A DNA stretch of 64,000 nt from Polyangiales bacterium. GTDB taxonomy: Bacteria; Myxococcota_A; Polyangia; Polyangiales; Polyangiaceae. Below are positions 1 through 9,017 of the stretch, piece after piece. The stretch's first letter is position 1, and every line of letters starts with the position of its first letter. The notes under the pieces were generated by a model. The model saw nothing but the letters and a program-made list of their open reading frames with translations, made no database searches and was not told where the DNA came from. A program made the position numbers and the translations under genes. Where the stretch lies: contig JBBRNJ010000013.1 in assembly GCA_038230375.1 (NCBI GenBank), positions 32,001 through 96,000 of the forward strand. Reading direction: 5' to 3'.

Positions 1-392
1 TCGCCGTAGAACGACGAGTTGTTGACCTGCGCGACGGGCGTCGTGGTGGCGGCGCGAAAGAGGAGCCCGCCGTCACCGTAGTAGAGCCACAGCTGGAACT
101 GAACGACGTTGTCCTGGTCGAGCACGTCGTACCACTCGACGTCGCATTCGGCGAACGCGTCGAGCCCGCCGGTGAAGAGCTCCGCTGGAGCCGTTGTGAG
201 CGCTCGCTGCTGCGTGATGGACTCGTCGTAGACGCCCAGGATGAAGAGGAGCTGCTTTCGGTCGGTCGGTGTGAGCTTCGACTTCGCAAGCCACGTCGCC
301 GATTCGTCGATGGCGAACGTTCGCCGGTTCGCGAAGCGCAGGCTCGTCACCGTCTTCAGCAGCTTCGTGGTGTGCGCGAGCGCGGCGTTCAC
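1..392 (-). CDS. Hypothetical protein, partial (runs off the left edge)
   Basis: Not in the ORF track. The frame is open from GTG at 392 to base 1 (VNAALAHTTKLLKTV...VQFQLWLYYGDGGLLFRAATTTPVAQVNNSSF) with GC3-rich codons. The GTG overlaps the TGA of the upstream gene (GTGA). Confidence 0.7.
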   Translation of the reverse strand, partial: MNAALAHTTKLLKTVTSLRFANRRTFAIDESATWLAKSKLTPTDRKQLLFILGVYDESITQQRALTTAPAELFTGGLDAFAECDVEWYDVLDQDNVVQFQLWLYYGDGGLLFRAATTTPVAQVNNSSFYG

Positions 393-994
393 GGTTTGGT
401 CCACCGAGGCGCGCGGCCTCTCCACGACGGCGCGACTGCACGCAGCGCCTTCACGCGATCCTTGGCGTGCTCGATGTCAGCGGTGTGTGCGGCGACGGGC
501 TCGATGTCCGCGCGGATCGCGTCCCAGACCGCATCGCACGCCAGATCCACCGGGTCCACGCCGGCGGGCGCGCGGACGCGCCCTGCATGTGCCCACACGG
601 CGGGAATGGATGCCGACAACTTCGCGCAGACGAGCGCGACCTTCACAGCGTCCTTGCGATCATCGCTCGTCGCCGCTTCGAGCGCCGTCACCAGCGTCGA
701 GGTCGCGTAGTTCATGCATATACCGAGCGGCTCGTCCGTCTTCGCCAGCTTGTTGCATGCGGACGCCCCCAGATCGGAGAGCGCGCCCGCTCGCTTGCGG
801 AGCACGCCCACCGCGACCGGCTCGCCGAACGCCGCGTCCACCAGGAACAGAAGCTCCTTCGCGAACACCTTCGTTGCGCTGCTCGGAAGCCACGGCTCCA
901 TGCGAATCGCACATCGCGCGGAGAAGAGCATCACACCCGAACGCGAGAGCGCTCGTAGCTCGCCAGGCTTGACCGCCCACTGCCGCAGACTCAT
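389..994 (-). CDS. Hypothetical alpha-helical protein
   Basis: C-terminal part of ORF 389..1393. ATG at 994 (MSLRQWAVK) lies 4 nt after the protease stop. Ala/Leu-rich, with LFSARCAIRMEPW and VWDAIRAD segments. Confidence 0.7.
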   Translation of the reverse strand: MSLRQWAVKPGELRALSRSGVMLFSARCAIRMEPWLPSSATKVFAKELLFLVDAAFGEPVAVGVLRKRAGALSDLGASACNKLAKTDEPLGICMNYATSTLVTALEAATSDDRKDAVKVALVCAKLSASIPAVWAHAGRVRAPAGVDPVDLACDAVWDAIRADIEPVAAHTADIEHAKDRVKALRAVAPSWRGRAPRWTKP

Positions 995-998
995 GGCG

Positions 999-2024
999 CT
1001 ACGGCTTAGCGCGACCGCGGCGCCGAAGCGAGAGCACAGCGACGGCCGCAAGAAGCCACGTCCCGGCGCCCAGACCGTCTTCGCCTCTGGCCGCTGTGAG
1101 CGCGCAGCCGCCGCTGGTCGTGCTTGTCGGCGCTGCGACGACGTCGCTTGCGTCCGGCGCGTCGCCTGCGTCGGCGCTACTGGGGTTTGCGGCGGCAAGG
1201 GCCTTTGCGAAGAGATCCGCATGCGCGGCCACCGTGGTGAACACGTCGGGGCCATTCGCGCAGTCCGACGTGCGCGAGACGATCGCGACGACCTCGCCCC
1301 CGCTCGAGATGGCCGCGCCGCCGCTGTCCCCATGGCAGAACACGGGCGTGGTGGCGAGCTCGCCCGCGGAGACCACCGTGTCCGCGCCGCCATCCATCAG
1401 CTCGACGGGCCCTAGGCTCGTGACGGCAACGCCCGCGCGCTCTTGCCGGGTGTCCGGAAAATCTCCCTGCGCGTCGACCTCACCAGTGCCGATCACGGTC
1501 AGCAGGTCTCCCACCGACGGCGCCGTCTTGCCCACGACGGCCGGTGTGACGTCAGTGATCGGCTTGTTCAGGACGACGAACGCGATGTCTTCAGCGCACA
1601 GCGTGTTTCCTTCGGGCGCGACGATCTGCGTGCCGTGCACGCCGACGAACTTCTTCTGCAGATAGGCGTCACGCGTGAAGGTGAGATGCTCCGGGGGGAA
1701 ATCAGAATGGAAGTGAATGGGCTGGGGACCGCTGGCCCTGCAGCTGGACGTGCCGGCCAGGTTGGCGACGCAGTGCCGCGCCGTCATCACCAGGTTGGGC
1801 GCGACGAGGATCGCGTTGCACTCGAGGCCGTTCGTCTCCACCGCGTTCACGATCACGATCACGTAGTCGTGGGACGCGGGCGAGGCCCCACCATCGAAGA
1901 TGAGCGGATGCACGCTCGCGGTTCCCATCGCGCGCGTGCCGACGGGCTGCGTGCGATCCGAGCACGCGGTCGTGAGAAGAAGAAGCGTCCCGAGAGCAGG
2001 CAGCAAGCTGCGCAATGTGAGCAT
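999..2024 (-). CDS. Trypsin-like (S1) serine protease with a MYXO-CTERM-like sorting tail
   Basis: Catalytic triad motifs MTARHC, EDIAF and GDSGG. N-terminal lipobox-like LTTAC. C-terminal SGGC + hydrophobic stretch + RRR. An alternative GTG start exists at 2045. Confidence 0.88.
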   Translation of the reverse strand: MLTLRSLLPALGTLLLLTTACSDRTQPVGTRAMGTASVHPLIFDGGASPASHDYVIVIVNAVETNGLECNAILVAPNLVMTARHCVANLAGTSSCRASGPQPIHFHSDFPPEHLTFTRDAYLQKKFVGVHGTQIVAPEGNTLCAEDIAFVVLNKPITDVTPAVVGKTAPSVGDLLTVIGTGEVDAQGDFPDTRQERAGVAVTSLGPVELMDGGADTVVSAGELATTPVFCHGDSGGAAISSGGEVVAIVSRTSDCANGPDVFTTVAAHADLFAKALAAANPSSADAGDAPDASDVVAAPTSTTSGGCALTAARGEDGLGAGTWLLAAVAVLSLRRRGRAKP

Positions 2025-2126
2025 GGGGTCGAGTGAGGAAAGCACGACGCGTGCCTACAATCGTCCTCGAATCTCTGCGAAATTCGAGCGTGCACCATCG
2101 CGGCCGTCAGCAATCGCACGTCGCGG

Positions 2127-3029
2127 TCACTCCGCTAGCTTTTCTCCGCACGTGACGCACGTGCTCACGTAGCACCGCCGGAACGCCAGCACGCGGCGTG
2201 TCGCGCGCTGCGTAGCATCGAACATCTGGTCCTGGTCCCCCGCGTGCGCGACGACGATCGGTGGTCGCGGCCACGGCGGTGCGTCGCCCTCCCAGCCCAG
2301 GAGGAGCGCATCGTGTCCGCGCGGACACTTCGTCACGGCTGCCACGAAGTACGCGGGAAACGCGGCAAGATCGAACGGCAGCTTCTTCGTCAGCTGCGTG
2401 CGCGTCACCTTCTCCGCGCGCTCTTCGCGCCGCGCGAGCCCACGGCGGCCTGGATGGTCCGCGCAGAACCATGGCAGGAACTTGTCACGAACAGGCGAGA
2501 GCTCGCGGCCCATGGTCGCGCACGTCGCTGCGGCGTCCACCTCTATCCACGGCATGCCCAGCTCGAACGCCTTCACCTCGTCCACGGCATGCGTGTGCCG
2601 GATCTCGACCGCAGCGATGGGAAGCCCGCCTGGCCCCAGGAAGGCCACATCCACGACATGCCCCGTCTTCAGGCGATGCTCCGCGACGGCGCCGAGCACC
2701 TTCTTCGGTACGGCCTGACGCGTTCGTGCATCGCACCCTGACTCCGCGCACCCACGCGAGATGACCGGCGGCGAGCCTCCCGCACGCCACTCTGCAATCG
2801 CTTGCACGACGAGCTCCTTCGCGCCGGTGTGGAGCGCGGTCTCCTCGCTGCACACGGCAGTCGCATGATGGAAGTGTCGCCTCTTCTTCTGTCCAGCGTG
2901 CAGGTCCACCGCCGTGCCGCATGCGGGACACGTGTATTTTCTCCCCTTCTGCGCGTCCTCGGGCGGGAGGAGCTTGCCATGCGAGTCGCGCGCCACGGGA
3001 ACCCGGAAGCCAGTCACGGCGTCGAGCAT
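2127..3029 (-). CDS. CoiA-like zinc-finger / PD-(D/E)XK nuclease-family protein
   Basis: YTCPACG...HFHH...SEETALH N-terminus as in CoiA-like proteins. VDVAF...AVEIRHTH nuclease-like motif. C-terminal CxxC. Confidence 0.7.
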   Translation of the reverse strand: MLDAVTGFRVPVARDSHGKLLPPEDAQKGRKYTCPACGTAVDLHAGQKKRRHFHHATAVCSEETALHTGAKELVVQAIAEWRAGGSPPVISRGCAESGCDARTRQAVPKKVLGAVAEHRLKTGHVVDVAFLGPGGLPIAAVEIRHTHAVDEVKAFELGMPWIEVDAAATCATMGRELSPVRDKFLPWFCADHPGRRGLARREERAEKVTRTQLTKKLPFDLAAFPAYFVAAVTKCPRGHDALLLGWEGDAPPWPRPPIVVAHAGDQDQMFDATQRATRRVLAFRRCYVSTCVTCGEKLAE

Positions 3030-3147
3030 ACGGGATGCGCAAGAGGAACGGCGACAGGCGTGTCAGGGCCTTCATGATGCGGCGACGCCCGGGCCCGACA
3101 AAAGGGCGTGCACTCGAGCTGGAACGTTGGTTGCTTCCGTGAGACCC

Positions 3148-3779
3148 ATGCGCACACACTGGTTGTCCGTGACGATTGCGTCGGCGGTTGCGACGGCCCT
3201 GGCAGGCCAGGGGTGTTCGGTCGCATCGAAGACCTGGCGCGCGAGCTCGCATTTCATGGCGCCCCGCCCGAGCTCATCGACGCATGCCGTCGCGCGGCTG
3301 CCGAAGAGGAGCGTCACGCGGCCAACGTGGGCGGGCTCGCGCGACGCTTCGGTGGCATCGTCACCGCGCCATGCGTGGCGCCTCGCACGGCGAAGCGCTC
3401 CGTCGAAGAGCTCGCGCTCGAGAACGCGGTGGAAGGTCAAGTGAGGGAGCTCTTCGGCGCGGCGCAGGCAATGTTTCGGGCCGCACGCTCCACCGATGAA
3501 GGCGTGCGCGCCGTCCAGCGTGAGCTCGCGCGAGAAGAGTGCGGCCACGCAGAGCTCAGCGCGCGGATCGGTGGATTCCTGTTGGCGAAGTTCGACGCGG
3601 AGGCGCGGGGACGCGTGACGGCAGCTGTCGCTCGTGCGCGTCGTGAGCTTCGCCAGGAGCTCGCGCGCTCGTCGTCGAGCCCTGCGCTGATGAGCGTCGC
3701 CGGGGTCCCATCGCGATCAGAGGCCCTCGCCATGTTCGACGCGCTCTCCGCCAGCGGCGCGTTCGAAGCCGCAGCGTAG
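3148..3779 (+). pseudogene. Ferritin-like domain lipoprotein, frameshifted or internally deleted
   Basis: The signal peptide MRTHWLSVTIASAVATALAGQGC (ATG 3148) is in a different frame from the ferritin-like domain (LARELAFHGAP, EEERHA, ENAVEG, EECGH; frame of ORF 3108..3779). The junction is at about 3217-3227. Confidence 0.65.
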
Positions 3780-3797
3780 GGGCTCGCACGGGGGTCG

Positions 3798-4292
3798 TCA
3801 GCGCTTGCCCTTGTCGTCGGGCTGGGCGACCAGCCCACCCAGCGCGATGCCGGCGGCGGCGCCCTGTGGGTGGGCGAAGGGCGCGGGGTGCTCCCAGATC
3901 ATCTCGCCTTTACCATCGCGGCATACGAGCTTGTCACCGCTCCACACGCCGCTCTCGACCCCCATCTTCCATCGCAGCTTGCCGTCGCTGCCGACCGCGG
4001 CGGCCGCGGGGACCGCCGCCACGTAGAAGCAGTCGCCGTCGAAGATGGCGGTGTCGGGGGAGAACGGCAGATCGATGTGCGCCGTGATCTTGCCCGTGGC
4101 CGGATCCAGAAGAGAGACCCGCGCGTCGGCGAGCACGAAGAGCCCATGCGTGGTGACGAAGAACCGCCCGGGTGCGCTCGACGCCGAGTGGACGTCACTC
4201 ACGATGGTCTCCCAGAGGAGGTCACCGCTCTTCGGGTCGAGGGCGCGCACGTGGGGGAGCTGCATGAGAAGCAACGGCGAACTCGGGTCCAT
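3798..4292 (-). CDS. Small PQQ-like beta-propeller repeat protein
   Basis: Repeated ALDPKSGDLLW / LLDPATGKIT / DGKLRW / DGKGEMIW blade motifs. TAGGAT lies 6 nt upstream of the ATG. Confidence 0.7.
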   Translation of the reverse strand: MDPSSPLLLMQLPHVRALDPKSGDLLWETIVSDVHSASSAPGRFFVTTHGLFVLADARVSLLDPATGKITAHIDLPFSPDTAIFDGDCFYVAAVPAAAAVGSDGKLRWKMGVESGVWSGDKLVCRDGKGEMIWEHPAPFAHPQGAAAGIALGGLVAQPDDKGKR

Positions 4293-4343
4293 CCTCTCAT
4301 CCTAGAAGATCGCCAGCTGTCAGGTCCCGTGAAAGCTTACTGA

Positions 4344-4357
4344 AGCTACATGTAGCT
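4344..4357. promoter_or_regulatory. Perfect 14-bp palindrome, candidate operator
   Basis: AGCTACATGTAGCT lies in the AT-richer divergent intergenic region upstream of czcA. Confidence 0.45.
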
Positions 4358-4542
4358 GAATTGATTCGTGACTGTTCTGACACGCTTTTCAAGCCAAGCC
4401 TTGCCGTCACCATGAACTGCCGGAAAAAAACCACGAAGAGCCGACGTCCTGTTCTGGCGGGACGCCAACACGGGTCTGTATGAGGAGAACTTCATCGTAA
4501 CTTCACCTTTGAAGCGCCAACCCGGCGTATCGATACTGGAAC

Positions 4543-7500
4543 GTGCTCGAGCGCCTCATTGAACTCGCCGTCAGTCGCCGTATCGCGACGCTTGCGCTCA
4601 CGATGGCGTTCGTCGTCTTCGGACTGCTGACGTTCACGAAGCTGAAGATCGAGGCGTTCCCCGACGTCACCAACGTCCAGGTCATGGTCATCACGCTCTT
4701 CCCCGGCCAGGCGGCGGAGGAAGTCGAGAAGCAGGTCACCATTCCGGTCGAGCGCGCGCTCGTCGGCGTCCCCAACGCGCTCGTCCAGCGCTCGATCACG
4801 TCATTCGGTCTGTCGCAGGTCGTCGTGACGTTCGAAGACGGCGTCGACATCTACTTCGCCCGCCAGCAGATCGCCGAACGGCTCCGCGACGCCGACGTCC
4901 CGGACGGCGTGACGCCCACGCTTGGCCCGAACGACACCCCGGTCGGCCAGGTCTATCAGTACACACTCGAGAGCGATCACCACTCGCCGAGCGAGATCCG
5001 CAGCTGGCAGGACTGGGTCGTCTCGAAGCAGCTGAAGGCGGTCCCGGGCGTCGCAGACGTGGTGAGCTTCGGTGGCTTCCAGAAGGAGTACCACGTACTT
5101 GCCGACCCCTCGCGCCTCCGCGCGCAGTCGCTCGCGCTGAAGGACCTGATCGAGGCGGTCTCCAACTCCAACGGCGCCACCTCCGGCGGTTACCTCCCCT
5201 TCGGCGAGAGCGAGTTCGTGATCCGTGCGCGTGGATACCTGAAGTCGAAGGAGGACATCGAGAACACGGTCATCACGGTCCAGAACGGCACGCCGGTCCT
5301 CGTGCGCAGCGTTGCGCGCGTGGTCGAGGGCTACACGCCCAGGCGTGGTGCCGTGGCCCGCGGCGCATCCACGGACTCGATCGAGGGGACCGTCCTGCTC
5401 CGCCGCGGTGAGAACCCGAAGGACGTGCTCGACGCGCTCCACACCCACATCGATCGCATCAACAAGGACGTATTGCCGAAGGGCATGGTGATCTCGCCCT
5501 TCTACGATCGCACACGCCTGGTCGACACCACGCTCACGACCGTCTCGCACAACATGCTCGAGGGCGCCGCGCTCGTTGCGTTCATCCTGTGGCTGTTCCT
5601 GCGCGCGCTTCGTGGGTCCGTGATCGTCGCCATCACCATGCCTCTCGCGTTGCTCACCGCATTCGTGGGTCTCTACTACGCAGGCGTCCCCGCGAACTTG
5701 CTCTCCATGGGGACGATCGACTTCGGCATCCTGCTCGACGGCGCCGTCATCCTGGTCGAGAACACGTACCGCCACCTCGCGGAGAGCAAACCCTCGCCAG
5801 AGGATGTGCCGAAGGTCGTCGCACACTCCGTGAAGGAGGTGCTGCGGCCCATCCTGTTCTCGATGTCGATCATCGTCGCCGCCATGATGCCGATCTTCAC
5901 GCTCGAGCGCGTGGAGGGCCGTATCTTCCGTCCCGTCGCGCTGACCTATGCGTTCGCGCTGGGTGGTGCGCTCCTCTTCACGCTCACCGCAGTGCCCGCG
6001 CTGACCACGGTGCTGCTTCGCAATCAGAAGGTGAAGGAGGTCGAGCCGGAGTTCCTGGTGTGGCTGAAGGCGCGTTACCTGACTGCGCTTCGGCTGGCGC
6101 TCAAGTTCCCGATCACCACGCGCATCGCTGGCTTCGCGATCCTGTTCTTCGCTTTGTCACTCATCCCGCGCCTGGGCACGGAGTTCCTGCCCGAGATGAA
6201 CGAGGGCGACATTCACATCACAGTCACCATGCCGACCGCGGTGTCCCTCCAGCGCGGCGCCGAGGTGCTGCGCGAGACCCGGCTCACGCTCCTCGAGTTT
6301 CCCGAGGTGAAGGACGTGCTCACCGAGCAAGGGCATCCGGAGGACGGCACCGACGACGAAGCGGCGAACCAGAGCGAGACGTTCGTCATCATGAAGCAGG
6401 AGAAGGACTGGCACACGGGGCGCTCGAAGGCCCAGATCGTCGACGCGATGCGGACAAAGCTCACGGAGCGTCCCGGGGTTAGCTTCAACTTCAGCCAGCC
6501 AATCAAGGATCGCGTGGAGGAGTCCATCTCGGGCATCCGCGGTCAGATCGTCATCAAGATCTACGGCGACGACCTGAAGCTGATGCAGAGCAAGCTCGAG
6601 GAGGTTCAGAAGATCGTGCTCGCCACGCAGGGTTCGCGCGACGTCGAGGTGTATCGCGCTGGCCGCGCGCAGCACATCGTCTCCGACATCGATCGCGACG
6701 CGACCGCGCGCCTTGGCCTCGAGGTACGCACGGTCGAGGACGTCGTGGAGAGCGCGTTCGGCGGCAAGCTGGCCACCTTCATCTGGGAGGGCGAGCGCCG
6801 GGTGGGCGTACGCGTCAAGCTCCCATCACAAGAAGAGGGCGACTACGCCTCCGTGGGCGCGCTCGAGATCCCGGCAGGCGCAGCGCGCGTCCCGCTCTCC
6901 AGCATCGCGAAGGTCGGCATCGACGCCGGGCGAACGCAGATCAACCGCGAGCAGGGCGGCCGCTTCCTTGCGCTCAAGACGAACCTCGAAGGCCGCGACA
7001 TGGGCTCGTTCGTCGACGAGGCGCAGACCCGCGTGAAGAACGAGGTGAAGCTCCCCGACGGCTACTACATGACGTGGGGCGGTGAGTTCGAGAACCAGCG
7101 CCGCGCCATGCGCCGTCTCGCGATCATCGTGCCGATCTCGGTGCTCGTGATCTTTGCGCTCCTCTACCTGACGTTCCGCTCCGCGCTCCCGGCCATCGTG
7201 GTGCTCCTGGACGTGCCCTTCGCGATGGTGGGCGGTGTCTTCGCTCTCTTCCTCACCCACACGGTGCTCAGCGTGTCTGCGGCGGTCGGGTTCATCACGC
7301 TCTTCGGCGTGGCTGTGATGGACGGCGTTCTCCTCATCACGTACGTGCGCCAGGCCCGTGAAAAGCACGGCGGCGACGCAAAACAAGCCATCATCGAGGC
7401 GGTCTCCCAGCGCCTCAGGCCGGTGCTCATGACGGCCATGCTTGCGTCACTCGGGTTGTTGCCGGCGGCCACCTCCCACGCGATCGGCTCGGACACGCAG

Positions 7501-7659
7501 CGTCCTTTCGCCATCGTCATCATTGGAGGGCTGATCTCTTCGACGCTGCTGACGCTCCTCCTGCTCCCCACGCTCTACGAGCTCTTCGACCAATGGTTCG
7601 GGACTGGCCGCATCAAGCGCCGCGAGCTGCGCGAGAGCATGCGGGCGCCCCCGCCATGA
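4543..7659 (+). CDS. czcA: CzcA/CusA-family heavy-metal RND efflux pump
   Basis: 1038 aa. Motifs EAFPDVTNVQV, ANLLSMGTIDFGILLDGAVILVEN (HME TM4 acidic residues), GTEFLPEMNEG and RLRPVLMTA. Confidence 0.95.
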   Translation: MLERLIELAVSRRIATLALTMAFVVFGLLTFTKLKIEAFPDVTNVQVMVITLFPGQAAEEVEKQVTIPVERALVGVPNALVQRSITSFGLSQVVVTFEDGVDIYFARQQIAERLRDADVPDGVTPTLGPNDTPVGQVYQYTLESDHHSPSEIRSWQDWVVSKQLKAVPGVADVVSFGGFQKEYHVLADPSRLRAQSLALKDLIEAVSNSNGATSGGYLPFGESEFVIRARGYLKSKEDIENTVITVQNGTPVLVRSVARVVEGYTPRRGAVARGASTDSIEGTVLLRRGENPKDVLDALHTHIDRINKDVLPKGMVISPFYDRTRLVDTTLTTVSHNMLEGAALVAFILWLFLRALRGSVIVAITMPLALLTAFVGLYYAGVPANLLSMGTIDFGILLDGAVILVENTYRHLAESKPSPEDVPKVVAHSVKEVLRPILFSMSIIVAAMMPIFTLERVEGRIFRPVALTYAFALGGALLFTLTAVPALTTVLLRNQKVKEVEPEFLVWLKARYLTALRLALKFPITTRIAGFAILFFALSLIPRLGTEFLPEMNEGDIHITVTMPTAVSLQRGAEVLRETRLTLLEFPEVKDVLTEQGHPEDGTDDEAANQSETFVIMKQEKDWHTGRSKAQIVDAMRTKLTERPGVSFNFSQPIKDRVEESISGIRGQIVIKIYGDDLKLMQSKLEEVQKIVLATQGSRDVEVYRAGRAQHIVSDIDRDATARLGLEVRTVEDVVESAFGGKLATFIWEGERRVGVRVKLPSQEEGDYASVGALEIPAGAARVPLSSIAKVGIDAGRTQINREQGGRFLALKTNLEGRDMGSFVDEAQTRVKNEVKLPDGYYMTWGGEFENQRRAMRRLAIIVPISVLVIFALLYLTFRSALPAIVVLLDVPFAMVGGVFALFLTHTVLSVSAAVGFITLFGVAVMDGVLLITYVRQAREKHGGDAKQAIIEAVSQRLRPVLMTAMLASLGLLPAATSHAIGSDTQRPFAIVIIGGLISSTLLTLLLLPTLYELFDQWFGTGRIKRRELRESMRAPPP

Positions 7660-9017
7660 GACCCACCATGCCCCACTACACACCCATTCGCAGAGATCGG
7701 TTCATCACGCGTCTGGCCGCGTTCTCTGCGTCGCTCGTCCTCGCCGTGGCGTTTGCGGCTGCCGACGGGCGCACCGCTGCTGCCGCCGAGGGCGCGACCG
7801 GCCCGACGATGAGCATCGATCAGGCCGTGGCCCTCGCGCTGCAGCACAACCGGGACGTCATCGCGACGCGGCTCGACATCGAGGCCGCGCAGATCGATCG
7901 TGTGGCGGCAGGTCTGTACCCCAACCCGCTCTTCACCTATACGGCGGGCAACTTCGTCCTGGGCAGTGGCAACTCGCAGGACAAGGGCATAAGCCCTGGC
8001 CCCGTCTCGCAGCTCGTGCACACCGTGGGCGTGAGCGAGGTCGTGGACGTGTGGGCCAAGCGCACCGCGCGGATGCGCGCGGCAGACAAGGGGATCGAGC
8101 ACCGACGTCTGGTCGTGGAGGACGCGTTGCGCGAGATCGTGTACGCGGTCCGTGTCGCGTTCGCCGACCTCACCCGGGAGCAGCTCGAGAACGACCTCAC
8201 TCACTCGATGAAGACCCGCTACGAGGAGACCGTTCGCGTCTCGGGCTCACGCTTTCGAAACGGCGAGATCTCGGAGGCCGAGTTCCGGAAGATCGAGCTC
8301 GAGGGGCTCAAATACCAGAACGCGGTCATCGACGCGGACGCGGAGCTCGACATCGCGCGCGTGCGACTCGCGGGCCTGCTCGGGCTGGCCGCTGCCACCG
8401 AGCTCCCCGGCGCGGCCTTCATGCCGAACGACCCGCGCACGCCGCCGTCGCTGCAGGCACTCACGACCCGCGCGCTGGCAGAGCGGCCGGACATTCGCGC
8501 CGCCAAGCAGGGCCGCGAGTTCGCCGGCGCGTCGCTCGAGCAGGCAAAGCGCGAGGCGTACCCAGACATCTCGCTCGGCCTCGCCTACACACACAGCGAG
8601 TTCGTGGTCTCTGGCGACAACCCCAATGCGCTTGCGTTGACCCTTGCGCTTCCGCTCCCCGTGTTCGATCGCAACCAGGCCAATATCGCGCGCGCGGGCC
8701 TCGACGGACGGCGATACGACAACGACCTCGTGAAGCTCGAGCTGCAGATAAAGCAGGAGGTCGCGCAGGCGGTGAGGCACGTCGAGCGGTCTGCGAGCCT
8801 CCTGGACATCTACGAGCAGGGTGGAATGCTCGAACGCGCGGACAAGGCGCTGAAGGTGGCGGAGAACAGCTACACCAACGGCTCGATATCCCTCATCGAG
8901 CTGCTCGAGGCGCAGCGCACGTTCATCGACACGCGCACGCAGTATCTTCGCGCCCAGCACGACTACCGTGAAGCGACCATCGACGTAGCTCACGCGACCG
9001 GAAGGAAGGCGCCATGA
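7656..9017 (+). CDS. czcC: TolC/CzcC-family outer-membrane efflux protein
   Basis: ATGA overlap with the czcA stop. Signal peptide, AGLYPNP, LPVFDRNQ and YTNGSISLIELLEAQR motifs. Confidence 0.9.
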   Translation: MRPTMPHYTPIRRDRFITRLAAFSASLVLAVAFAAADGRTAAAAEGATGPTMSIDQAVALALQHNRDVIATRLDIEAAQIDRVAAGLYPNPLFTYTAGNFVLGSGNSQDKGISPGPVSQLVHTVGVSEVVDVWAKRTARMRAADKGIEHRRLVVEDALREIVYAVRVAFADLTREQLENDLTHSMKTRYEETVRVSGSRFRNGEISEAEFRKIELEGLKYQNAVIDADAELDIARVRLAGLLGLAAATELPGAAFMPNDPRTPPSLQALTTRALAERPDIRAAKQGREFAGASLEQAKREAYPDISLGLAYTHSEFVVSGDNPNALALTLALPLPVFDRNQANIARAGLDGRRYDNDLVKLELQIKQEVAQAVRHVERSASLLDIYEQGGMLERADKALKVAENSYTNGSISLIELLEAQRTFIDTRTQYLRAQHDYREATIDVAHATGRKAP

